Source of the DNA: Bacteriovoracaceae bacterium
GTDB taxonomy: Bacteria; Bdellovibrionota; Bacteriovoracia; Bacteriovoracales; Bacteriovoracaceae
Length of the DNA: 33,834 nt
NCBI GenBank assembly: GCA_041586955.1
Contig: JBFGZE010000025.1
Location: forward strand, 1 to 33,834
Direction of reading: 5' to 3'
Under the pieces are notes generated by a model that worked only from the letters and a program-made list of their open reading frames with translations, searched no databases and was not told the origin of the DNA. Shown here piece by piece: positions 1 to 8,788 of this stretch. Numbering within the stretch: position 1 is the first letter of the stretch; every line of letters starts with the position of its first letter. The position numbers and the translations under genes were made by a program.

Positions 1-1
1 C

Positions 2-823
2 GGTGGCAGTGTAGGTGATGCGCCCGTAAAATGCCCGCCATGTGCTCCCGGCCTTCCGGCATGGATGGCAACATTTTCAGATCTCGTGACACTTCTTTTG
101 ACCTTTTTCGTTTTGCTTTTGTCTTTTGCGAAGACGGAGTCTGCCAAGTATGAAGCGGCCTTAGGCTCTATTCGCAATGCCTTTGGTGGTAACGTATTAA
201 GGCCAGGTGATGTCTTACAAAAAGGAAAGTCCCCCGATAATTCCCCTACAATGTTGGATAGCCAAGAACCTATTCAACCTTTTCCAATTGACTTTCTCAC
301 AACTGAAGGGATTTTGGAGCAACACGAAATCAATCGTGAGTCAGATGAAGACCTTAAAGATATGCGCCAAGATTTAGCTGCAGAAGGGCTAGATGAATTT
401 GTTAATGTTTATGAAATGCCAGAGGGAATTAAGGTTCAAATTAAAGATAAGATTTATTTTAAAAAAGGTACTACAGATCCTGAATCAATCCCTACGGAGG
501 TTTTTAGTAAGTTAGTTAAGTTGCTTAGTAAAAACACATGGGTTGTTTATATTCAAGGACATGCTTCTCTTGGCGAAAGAACCAGTGATGGTAAAAACGA
601 TGCGTTTTATCTCTCGGGTCAACGATCAATGGAAGTGGCGCGCGCTCTTATTAGGAGAGGGGTTCCTCCTGAGAAGGTAATCCCCGTTTCTTTTGGGGAC
701 ACCAGGCCAAATAAAACTAGTGCAGGTGTGACAATTGATGATGTAACGAAAAGTCAAAGGGTCGAATTTCTTATGAGACGGCGTGATATTTCTAAAGAAG
801 GCCATAAAGTTCGGGCCAGGTAA
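2..823 (+). CDS. motB: Flagellar motor stator protein MotB (5' end lies outside the window)
   Basis: The frame is open from nt 2 (GGSVGDAPVKCPPCAPGLPAW) into MATFSDLVTLLLTFFVLL, the MotB TM helix with its conserved Asp. It has a C-terminal OmpA-like peptidoglycan-binding domain (IQGH...LSGQRS...SFGDTRP...RVEF). The ORF-track ATG at 65 is internal. Confidence 0.93.
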   Translation, partial: GGSVGDAPVKCPPCAPGLPAWMATFSDLVTLLLTFFVLLLSFAKTESAKYEAALGSIRNAFGGNVLRPGDVLQKGKSPDNSPTMLDSQEPIQPFPIDFLTTEGILEQHEINRESDEDLKDMRQDLAAEGLDEFVNVYEMPEGIKVQIKDKIYFKKGTTDPESIPTEVFSKLVKLLSKNTWVVYIQGHASLGERTSDGKNDAFYLSGQRSMEVARALIRRGVPPEKVIPVSFGDTRPNKTSAGVTIDDVTKSQRVEFLMRRRDISKEGHKVRAR

Positions 824-829
824 TTATAG

Positions 830-1693
830 ATGGCAAAGCTTTGCGTTTATCAATATTCAGGCGATGTGCAAAGTTTTGCTAAAGGTTTGGGCCTGAGCCG
901 CTCACAATTAAAAAAATTTCTTAAGTCATCTTTTTTAAAAAAGTCTCTTCGCCACGGAGATGAAATTGATTTACCTCTTAATATTCTTAATTACGGAAAC
1001 ATTAATCCTCATTTTCAGGGCAAAGAAGTCAAAATTCTACAAGAGACCGATGATTTTTTTGTTCTTGCCAAACCTCAAGGCATCCATTGTCATCCTTTAA
1101 GTTACGAAGAAAGTGATAATTGCTTGAGCTTTTTACGGCAACAAGGCCTAAACGACTATCTCATCGTTAATTGCGACTCTTATGATCGTGGACTTCTTTA
1201 TCGCTTAGATCAATTGACTTCAGGCCTACTTATTTTGAGTAAGAACTCAGATTTTTTAGAGCAATTAAAGATAAGACGGCACGATATCATTCGCAAGAAA
1301 GAGTATTTGGCCATCGTTCAAGGACAGACTCCTAGCGAAGGGGAGCTTGATCATTTTCTTTATGCTTCTGGTTATAAAGGTTTTAAAATGATTGAGGACG
1401 CTAGAGGAGACCAGGCGCAATTGAAGTTTAAACGCTTGAGATATTCACAAAGTGATAACCTTTCTTTGATTAAAGTGGAATTGGGAATAGGACTACGCCA
1501 TCAAATTCGTGCTCAAATGTCTTTGGCGGGTTTCCCTATTTTAGGGGACGAGCTGTATGGTGGACAATCAGCAGCGCGCTTATTTCTTCATTGCTTCCAT
1601 TATCAGATTGAATGGCAGGATAAAGTATGGGATTTTACCGCTCCAGATGCACCATTATTTGATCTTTTCTTGCACCTTAACTGTGACCTTTAA
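830..1693 (+). CDS. RluA/RluC/RluD-family RNA pseudouridine synthase
   Basis: Motifs KPQGIHCHP, YRLDQLTSGLLI (catalytic Asp), GLRHQIR, FPILGDELYG and RLFLH, plus a degenerate S4-like N-terminus. Confidence 0.9.
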   Translation: MAKLCVYQYSGDVQSFAKGLGLSRSQLKKFLKSSFLKKSLRHGDEIDLPLNILNYGNINPHFQGKEVKILQETDDFFVLAKPQGIHCHPLSYEESDNCLSFLRQQGLNDYLIVNCDSYDRGLLYRLDQLTSGLLILSKNSDFLEQLKIRRHDIIRKKEYLAIVQGQTPSEGELDHFLYASGYKGFKMIEDARGDQAQLKFKRLRYSQSDNLSLIKVELGIGLRHQIRAQMSLAGFPILGDELYGGQSAARLFLHCFHYQIEWQDKVWDFTAPDAPLFDLFLHLNCDL

Positions 1694-2146
1694 ATGCTCG
1701 GCGATTAGTTTAGGACTTGTCATCGTTTGCAATTTGACGAGGTGATGGCCTTCAACAATGGCATTAATATCCATGGTGTCTTCCATAAAATGAATTCTCA
1801 CCCAATCGGTACGCTCTAAATTATCGGAGGGCGAGTTAATTGCAATTAATTTGAGGTTATTGGCCAATTCTCGATAAAGGACTTTTTTAATGACCTGGGG
1901 GGAGCTACCAAGAGGAAAATTCCCAACATATTTGATGAAGACGGCCAAATTATTACCTTCGCATTTTGTCTGCCAATTGGCCGGGATACGGCGATCTAAT
2001 TTAACCAAAACTGCCTTACATGAAGTAGGGATCAATTTAGTACGAGTCCCTAAATAGCCCTTTTGCTTGGCCTGATAGAGAAAGATAATGCTGAGAAGAA
2101 TACCAATCATAAAAATGGGATTCTTTAAAAGTGTTTTCGCCCACAT
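1655..2146 (-). CDS. Hypothetical membrane-anchored periplasmic protein
   Basis: 184-aa ORF (track start 2209); the ATG at 2146 (MWAKTLLK) is more likely. It has one N-terminal TM helix and a Cys pair (PTSC...TKC). Its 3' end overlaps the pseudouridine synthase by 39 bp. Confidence 0.65.
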   Translation of the reverse strand: MWAKTLLKNPIFMIGILLSIIFLYQAKQKGYLGTRTKLIPTSCKAVLVKLDRRIPANWQTKCEGNNLAVFIKYVGNFPLGSSPQVIKKVLYRELANNLKLIAINSPSDNLERTDWVRIHFMEDTMDINAIVEGHHLVKLQTMTSPKLIAEHLKVTVKVQEKIK

Positions 2147-2181
2147 AGCTTCATTATGCCTAATATTGGAGTAAAAAGCAC

Positions 2182-2209
2182 TAAAGTTTACATAAATAAT
2201 ACCCGACAA
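2182..2209 (+). promoter_or_regulatory. Candidate sigma28 (FliA)-type promoter for the WYL gene
   Basis: TAAAGTTT-N12-CCCGACAA versus the consensus TAAAGTTT-N11-GCCGATAA. Confidence 0.45.
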
Positions 2210-2270
2210 GCTAACTAAGACATAGCTGTAGTACTAAGCTAAGTGATTGATATTGAATTAAAGGACCATT

Positions 2271-3272
2271 ATGTCGATTAACTTACCTCCAATGCAAGAA
2301 GCTTTTTGGCCATGGGTTGAGGCCTTATTAATGTTTAAAGGAAAAATGCCTCTCGCTGCTTTCCAAGACGAATACGGTTTACCGCTTTTAGAATTTGAAG
2401 AAGTTCAAGAAGTGGTGGGTGTCGTTAAAAACTTAGGGGCCGAAGTAACTCTTATATGGTCGGGTAGTGATTGCCTCATCAAAAAGAATAATCATGATAA
2501 CCAGCGAGTTGTCATTGATATGGATATTACTGAGTGGTTGGCCTTGCAGTCTCATTTTCCGACACTTTCTCAATTAAGGGGATCTTTTCCTCACGAGAAA
2601 GTCACTGAAGTCATGAAGAGAGTCGAAAAGCTTTACCCTAAATATGATTTTTTTCATTTAATGGATGATTGGAAACGTAAAAGAGATGTCAAAAAACAAA
2701 TGTGCCTTAAAGGTAAAGAATTAACTCAAAAATTAGAAACATATATTGAAGAAAAATCCGTCGTTGCCATCACGTATCAGGCCAGTGGAAACTTGATTAA
2801 TTTATTTCCCCATCGATTGGTTTATCTTGAAGGGTCTCTCGTTCTTATCGGTGAAGAAATAAGTGATAAAATGCTAATTAGTATTCCAATCGATGAAATT
2901 GCTAAATTAAAGATTAACAATGATAACTCTTATCAGGTGAACTTTTCGGGCTTTGAAGTTGATGAATTTATTTTTGCGATACGCTCTCTTTGTGAGAATG
3001 AGGAACGTTTGATTTTAAAGGTTAAAGAAAAGGAAGGGAGCCTTGATCTAAGTCCCGCACATCATTTTTTGGGAAATCCTTATATCACATCAAATCTTGA
3101 AGGGGAGATGATTTGGGCCGCTAGTGTTGAAGTTTCCACCCCATTATTTGAATGGCTTCACCGTATAGAGGGCACTATTGAAATTCTCGACCCGTTTCAT
3201 GTAAAGACCGCTTTTGAGCAATATAAAGAACAATGCCAAGTAAAGAATAAGAGTTTGAAAAAGGCTTCTTAG
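2271..3272 (+). CDS. WYL-domain (PafC-like HTH-WYL-WCX) transcriptional regulator
   Basis: 333 aa with an RBS AAGGA. Contains a helical/wing N-terminus, the linker MDITEWLAL, a WYL core (ITY...FPHRLVYLEGSLVLIG...IPIDEI) and a WCX-like C-terminus (LFEWLHRIEGTIEILDP). Confidence 0.8.
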   Translation: MSINLPPMQEAFWPWVEALLMFKGKMPLAAFQDEYGLPLLEFEEVQEVVGVVKNLGAEVTLIWSGSDCLIKKNNHDNQRVVIDMDITEWLALQSHFPTLSQLRGSFPHEKVTEVMKRVEKLYPKYDFFHLMDDWKRKRDVKKQMCLKGKELTQKLETYIEEKSVVAITYQASGNLINLFPHRLVYLEGSLVLIGEEISDKMLISIPIDEIAKLKINNDNSYQVNFSGFEVDEFIFAIRSLCENEERLILKVKEKEGSLDLSPAHHFLGNPYITSNLEGEMIWAASVEVSTPLFEWLHRIEGTIEILDPFHVKTAFEQYKEQCQVKNKSLKKAS

Positions 3273-3290
3273 CCGGGGTAAAATCAACCC

Positions 3291-3926
3291 ATGAATCAAC
3301 AACGTCAAATGAAGGGGCTCTTCCTTATTTCTTTTTTTCCGGCCTTGGCCTATTGGTATTTAGAATCCCAATATCCTATTTCGATTGCTGTTGCTGGTGG
3401 CATGGCCCTTTCTATTATAGAGATTGGCCTTGAAAAACTGATCAATAAGCACGTTCATACGATATCTAAAATTAATTTTTTCTTGATCGCCTTTTTGGGG
3501 GGACTCTCTTTGATTGGGGAAGATGGAGTATGGTTTAAATTGCAGCCATTCTTTACAGGTATGGGGATTGGCTCTTTTCTCTTTTATCGCATATATCGTG
3601 GTAGAGGTTTATTAAGAGAAATGGTGATGGGCAATGAGAAAATGCAGCATATTCCTTCTGAAATTTTAGAGATGATTGAACGGCATATGGCCTTATTCTT
3701 TTTAATCACCGGGTTCATGATGGGAGGGGTTGCCTTATGGACAAGCACTGAAACTTGGTTGTTTTTCAAAACCATTGGCAATAATATTCTTTTTGTTCTC
3801 TTTTTTATAGTGGAGTTTTTTTTAATCAGACAAAAGTCAAAAGAGTTGGCAGAGAATTTAGTGAAACAACAGGTTCTTTCCACGCTCTCTCCTCAGTTTC
3901 AACCTCGTGATTCGCGTTTACCCTAA
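3291..3926 (+). CDS. YciB/IspZ (intracellular septation protein A) family membrane protein
   Basis: About 5 TM helices; motifs FLGGLSL...WFKLQP and ETWLFFKT. Confidence 0.8.
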   Translation: MNQQRQMKGLFLISFFPALAYWYLESQYPISIAVAGGMALSIIEIGLEKLINKHVHTISKINFFLIAFLGGLSLIGEDGVWFKLQPFFTGMGIGSFLFYRIYRGRGLLREMVMGNEKMQHIPSEILEMIERHMALFFLITGFMMGGVALWTSTETWLFFKTIGNNILFVLFFIVEFFLIRQKSKELAENLVKQQVLSTLSPQFQPRDSRLP

Positions 3927-3941
3927 AAGGACATTCCTTTT

Positions 3942-5846
3942 TTACTCTTTCATAATTTTATTAAGATTAATATAGATTGATCTACCCTTAACTTTTACCC
4001 CTTCGAGGAGAGAATCAAATAAGTCCACGATGATAAGAATCAGTTTTGTACTGGGGATAAGTGGTAAAAAAGTTACTTTCTTGATGTCTAGGCGGATAAT
4101 ATTGGCCTTTTTATTATAAGAAATATCACCAAAGGCCTCGAGTTTTTTATCGATAAAGAGCGTCTTACCCTTCATCTTTAAGCTAAATGTTCCATTTTTT
4201 GTCTTATCTTTTGCAGGTTTTGCCTCAAGATTTATATTTCGAGAAAAATTAAAACCTGCCAATTGTAAGATGGACCCTGATTCTTTAACGTTTCCGAGTT
4301 CAATTTTAAGTTTAGAGATACATTTTTCAAGAATGACTTTATAGTCAAAATCTTCCATATCCTTGAAGCTTACGTTAGGGAAACAATTAAACTTAAAATT
4401 CTTAAGCGTTGTTTTATTTCCTTTATCATTTTTAAAAATGGCCTTTGGCACAGATAGATAAAAACTATTCTTATTAAGCTTTATTTTGTCAATTAGCACT
4501 TCTGTTTTATTTTTCTTCTCAATCATTTTAATATCTTTCACTGTGATATTGGCCCTTTCAAAGCATCCTTCCCTAAGGTCGGAAATTTGAACCGATTGGT
4601 CCTTACCTGTTCTTTTACAGTTCATATTAAGATTATTGATGAGAATATTCAGACCGTCTTTAGCATCAGATACCTGGTGAATCTTCTTTGCTTGTAGGTT
4701 AAAACTATTTTCTGAAAAGACAATATCATCAAGTTCAATTTTAGTTGTTCTTAAAAGTTCTTTATCACGGAAGTTAATTGTTGATATATTGGCAATTCCA
4801 TTATTGAGGCAATTGTCGGCAATATTATCTAATTTAATGGATTCAAACTTTTTCAGCTCATTACAGGTAAGCCCTAAACGATCAATTGCGACGTTATATG
4901 ATTCGTCATTATATAGAAGATTATCAAAATGAAGGTGAGACTTTTTATTAAGAGCGTAGAGCGATGCTTTTGTGAAGCTGATATCGGAATCTAAAGTCTC
5001 TTCAATCCCTGAGTCTATATTTTGTTGGGTTGATTGCACGTTTATCTGAATAGGTGCATTATGTTCTTGGCCAGATAGAATGGCATTATGAAGACATTTC
5101 TCTTGGAGCACTAGTTTAGATATCGTTTTAGAATGGTAAAGACTTGAACATCGCAATTTTAATTGTCTTGATTCAATATTTAACTTTTCACTTTTAAATC
5201 CCAATTCAGATGCTAGAAAATAAGAGTCACCCCGATCTTTTAGGGATTCAATTCCAATATCCTTTCCTGATATCGTTGAATCTTTTGTTCCTTCATCAGT
5301 ATCTCGAGAGTAATTTATCGTAAAGTGTGAGCCGTCGCGCCCCGTGAAATTTGACTTTTGAAGACAGTTTTGAATGAAGTTATCTGAATCGCCACCGCAA
5401 AAAAACTGATAGTTTTTAAATATTAGGTTGGTATCATCTTTATAATAATGGATGTATTTACCAATAAGAGATGCCTCAAATTTTTCCCATGAAATAATTG
5501 TATCTTTGATAATAAGGCCATCGGCCCATTCCTTAGAAATGGGGAATTGATTGGCATAATAAGTTTCAAATAAATCGTTTTTTAAGGATAACTCTTCTTG
5601 ATTGATAAAGTATTCAGCGTTAAAGATTTTATCTGAATTGCTTTTAAAGTGCCCATTGTCCAGTACAACTTCAATAAAGGGGCCAGTTAAATGACCTCTA
5701 AACCCACCGTTTTCTTTTGTCGCGACGAACTTTTCGATTTCAAGGTGAACCTTTTTGACACTGGATGGGTCTTTGATACTTTGATGGAGTCCTACCTCTG
5801 CAAAACTCGGAGCTGAAAGGAGAATGGATAATATTTGTAATTTCAA
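3942..5846 (-). CDS. Secreted beta-rich repeat protein with five Cys pairs (unknown function)
   Basis: Track ORF of 652 aa from 5900. A TTG at 5846 follows AGAGGG and gives a signal peptide (MKLQILSILLSAPSFA|E). All 10 Cys fall in periodic pairs. Confidence 0.75.
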   Translation of the reverse strand: MKLQILSILLSAPSFAEVGLHQSIKDPSSVKKVHLEIEKFVATKENGGFRGHLTGPFIEVVLDNGHFKSNSDKIFNAEYFINQEELSLKNDLFETYYANQFPISKEWADGLIIKDTIISWEKFEASLIGKYIHYYKDDTNLIFKNYQFFCGGDSDNFIQNCLQKSNFTGRDGSHFTINYSRDTDEGTKDSTISGKDIGIESLKDRGDSYFLASELGFKSEKLNIESRQLKLRCSSLYHSKTISKLVLQEKCLHNAILSGQEHNAPIQINVQSTQQNIDSGIEETLDSDISFTKASLYALNKKSHLHFDNLLYNDESYNVAIDRLGLTCNELKKFESIKLDNIADNCLNNGIANISTINFRDKELLRTTKIELDDIVFSENSFNLQAKKIHQVSDAKDGLNILINNLNMNCKRTGKDQSVQISDLREGCFERANITVKDIKMIEKKNKTEVLIDKIKLNKNSFYLSVPKAIFKNDKGNKTTLKNFKFNCFPNVSFKDMEDFDYKVILEKCISKLKIELGNVKESGSILQLAGFNFSRNINLEAKPAKDKTKNGTFSLKMKGKTLFIDKKLEAFGDISYNKKANIIRLDIKKVTFLPLIPSTKLILIIVDLFDSLLEGVKVKGRSIYINLNKIMKE

Positions 5847-6072
5847 TTCGTACCCTCTTAAGCTGAGTATAAAATTAATACTGTAAACTGAAATTAACAA
5901 AAATGCGCAGCGCGTAACAGGTGCTCACTATTAATTACAGAGTGATTGGAGTAAAAGGCCAAACAACTTTCTGTTAAAACGCCCTTTTTAACACTTTTCA
6001 GACAAGGTGGTAAAATAAAATTTATTTAACGCGAGGTGTTTTTCTGTTTAAGGGATGAATTCTCTATCGATA

Positions 6073-6909
6073 TTATTCCATCGATTGGCGTTTACCTTGA
6101 GCATAAGAGCCAATAATTTTTAATTGATTGACCTGCGACTGTAATTCATTAAAACAATCCTGAACATTCTTTTCCTGAATACCGCCGAGGAAATCGGTAT
6201 AAAAAATATAGGCGAAAGGGTTTTCGGGAATGGGCCGACTTTGAAGCTTCGTTAAGTTGAGGTTATGGTCAGCGAATATTTTGAGGCAATTGAGAAGAGC
6301 TCCAGGGTGGTGCTTACAAACAAAAGCGATAGATGTTTTTTCTTGCTTGAGCTGTCGCTCAGGACTTCCCTTTTGAAAGAGAAAAAAACGGGTGTAGTTA
6401 TTATTAAAGTCTTGAATATTACGCTTTAAAACATTCAGTCCATAAATTTCAGCGCATAATTCAGAGGCCACAGCACCAATCTTTGGGTTGGGGTCCTTAG
6501 TAATCGCCAGGCAAGAGCCAGCAGTATCATACTCTGAGTTGATCTTTATATTATGGGTGCGGAAAAAGTTTTTACATTGGGCCAAGGCTATAGGGTGTGA
6601 GTAAACACGCTTGATTTGCTCTAAAGACGAGCCGGGGATTCCCAAAAGACAATGGCGTATCGATAAATAAAATTCCTGTAAAACAAAAACATTTTCTTTG
6701 AAAAAAAGGTCAATATTAACATTAACGTTACCGACAATACTATTTTCTATGGGGAGGAGCCCGAGCTCACATCGATTACTGAGAACCGCTTCAAAAACTT
6801 CTTCACTAAGCGGGAAACCCTTGCTCTGGTAATCGTTGGAAGGAAAATGTTCATGAATTGTCATTTCACTATAGGCACCTGGTTTCCCCTGAAAGGCAAT
6901 GGTTTTCAT
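6073..6909 (-). CDS. pheA: Prephenate (or arogenate) dehydratase with C-terminal ACT domain
   Basis: Motifs FQGKPGAYSE, PIENSIVG, SHPIALAQC, NYTRF, PGAL and NLTKLQSRP. Confidence 0.95.
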   Translation of the reverse strand: MKTIAFQGKPGAYSEMTIHEHFPSNDYQSKGFPLSEEVFEAVLSNRCELGLLPIENSIVGNVNVNIDLFFKENVFVLQEFYLSIRHCLLGIPGSSLEQIKRVYSHPIALAQCKNFFRTHNIKINSEYDTAGSCLAITKDPNPKIGAVASELCAEIYGLNVLKRNIQDFNNNYTRFFLFQKGSPERQLKQEKTSIAFVCKHHPGALLNCLKIFADHNLNLTKLQSRPIPENPFAYIFYTDFLGGIQEKNVQDCFNELQSQVNQLKIIGSYAQGKRQSME

Positions 6910-7631
6910 GGTAAGCTTTCCTGCACATTTTTAAGTGATTCGGTAAACTTCTGGCGAACTTGTTCAGCATAGGGATTATATTGATTCATATCCACAAATA
7001 ATTGCCAGGAGTCATTTTCCACCGTTTCCAGAATTTTCATGAGACGGCGATGGCCAAGGGTATCGATCTCTTTGCTCTCTGCTTGAAAATCAATAAGGCC
7101 GCGACCAATATAATGAGTCAGGACTAAAGTCTCGGCGATTTGTTTATCATGGTCTTCGGCGCTGCTATTAATGACATAAAGTCCCATGGACTCCAAGTAA
7201 TTTTTAATATTGATCACTTTCTTCTCGGCAATCCGCACTGGGCAAAGGACCATTTTTTTGCCATAGAGAGTGGTTTTGGCACTATCGGGACCAAACATGG
7301 GATGGGTACCGAGAATTTCGACATGAGAAGGTAAGATTTCTTTCATCCATTGGATGGGATAGGTTTTAACGGAACAGACATCGATAAAAAGTGTTTCTTT
7401 TATCAGAAGAGGAGCGATGGCATTCAAGCTGGAGACCATTTCACTAATGGGTACCGCGGCAATAATCATATGGGAGGAGGCGAGTTCGGCCAAGGTTGCA
7501 GGAGTTCCTCCGGCATCTAAAATCGCTTGGTCGTTCTTTTTAATATCATAAATAAGGCATTTTGCATCTTGAGATAAAAAGCGGGTGATTAATTGGCCCA
7601 TACGGCCGAAACCAATAATTCCTATTTGCAT
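6906..7631 (-). CDS. tyrA: TyrA-family prephenate/arogenate dehydrogenase
   Basis: Rossmann motif GIIGFGRMG, DVCSVK, HPMFGP and HD...TH. The stop overlaps the pheA start (ATGA). Confidence 0.93.
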   Translation of the reverse strand: MQIGIIGFGRMGQLITRFLSQDAKCLIYDIKKNDQAILDAGGTPATLAELASSHMIIAAVPISEMVSSLNAIAPLLIKETLFIDVCSVKTYPIQWMKEILPSHVEILGTHPMFGPDSAKTTLYGKKMVLCPVRIAEKKVINIKNYLESMGLYVINSSAEDHDKQIAETLVLTHYIGRGLIDFQAESKEIDTLGHRRLMKILETVENDSWQLFVDMNQYNPYAEQVRQKFTESLKNVQESLP

Positions 7632-8782
7632 AAGACCTTCTTGATTTGGGCAAAGCCCTTTTTGATATTTTCTTCATTGGTAGCAAAGCAAATACGCAGA
7701 TGGCCTGGTTGGCCGAAGGCGCTACCTGGCAAGAGAGCGACTTGCGCCTCTTTGAGTATTTTTAAACTGAGGTCCGAGTCGGTAGGTGTCTCTTCATTTA
7801 AATATTGACTGACATCAGGAAAGAGATAAAAGGCCCCCTCTGGGTACACACAGGGGAAAATTTCGTGGCATAATTGATAGCTGAGGTCCCGTCGCTTTTC
7901 AAAAGTTTGTACCATTTCTTGGTAAAAATTGGATTGTAGCTCTAGAGAGGCAATACCGCCATATTGAGCAAAGGTACAATTATTACCTGTCATATGACCT
8001 TGTAATTTATTAATGTCTTTGATGATTGAAGCGTGAGAAATGACATAACCAAGACGGAAACCAGTGAGGCAATGAGATTTTGAAAAGCTGCGCACGATAA
8101 AGGTTCGCTCTAACGCTTTGGCACCCAATTGCGCCGGAGAGAAATGTTTTTTGTCTCCATAGACCAAGGTATCGTAGGCTTCATCACTAATAAGCCAAAG
8201 GTCGTGCTTTTCCGCCAATTGATAAATAGCTTTTATTTCCTCTTCACTGTAGACGATACCAGTTGGGTTATTGGGAGTATTGATCAAGATCGCTTTGGTT
8301 TGCTTTGTGATTTTATTTTCTAAGTCGCTAAGGTCGATTCGCAAGTTTTGATGATCGACAAATTTTGGCGTACCTGCTGCTAATTTAATGGACTCGGGAA
8401 AGGTTACCCAATAGGGGGTGGGAACGAGAACTTCGTCACCGGGATTGAGAATGGCCTGGAAAATATTATAGAGAACTTGTTTGGAGCCATTGCTAATGCA
8501 AATTTGATCACAATTAATCTCGCGATTCCATTCGGCGCTTAAATCCTTGGCCAATAATTCACGTAAGCGCAGCACTCCGGCAACTAAACTATAACGGGTT
8601 TCACCTGCCATGAGTGCTTGAGAGGTATGCTCTAAGACTTTTTGTGGCGGAAGAAAGTCGGGTTCTCCCACATTAAAAGGGATAATAGTTTGGCCCTGAT
8701 TTTTGAGGTCCTGGATAACTCTGGCAAGAGCAATGCTCTTGGACTCTTCAATGGCCAAGACGCGTTTTGAAATTGTTGGCAT
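7622..8782 (-). CDS. Class I (1-beta type) PLP aminotransferase, aspartate/aromatic or prephenate aminotransferase
   Basis: Motifs GEPDF, NGSKQ, NTPNNPTG, SDEAYD, SFSKSHCLTGFRLG (PLP Lys), PEGAFY and LRICFA. Confidence 0.93.
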   Translation of the reverse strand: MPTISKRVLAIEESKSIALARVIQDLKNQGQTIIPFNVGEPDFLPPQKVLEHTSQALMAGETRYSLVAGVLRLRELLAKDLSAEWNREINCDQICISNGSKQVLYNIFQAILNPGDEVLVPTPYWVTFPESIKLAAGTPKFVDHQNLRIDLSDLENKITKQTKAILINTPNNPTGIVYSEEEIKAIYQLAEKHDLWLISDEAYDTLVYGDKKHFSPAQLGAKALERTFIVRSFSKSHCLTGFRLGYVISHASIIKDINKLQGHMTGNNCTFAQYGGIASLELQSNFYQEMVQTFEKRRDLSYQLCHEIFPCVYPEGAFYLFPDVSQYLNEETPTDSDLSLKILKEAQVALLPGSAFGQPGHLRICFATNEENIKKGFAQIKKVLCK

Positions 8783-8788
8783 AAATTC

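Noticed and set aside
2271..5900. WYL gene as a marker of an anti-phage defence island
   Set aside because: No nuclease, helicase, toxin, CRISPR or mobile-element genes are nearby; the flanking genes are envelope or housekeeping.
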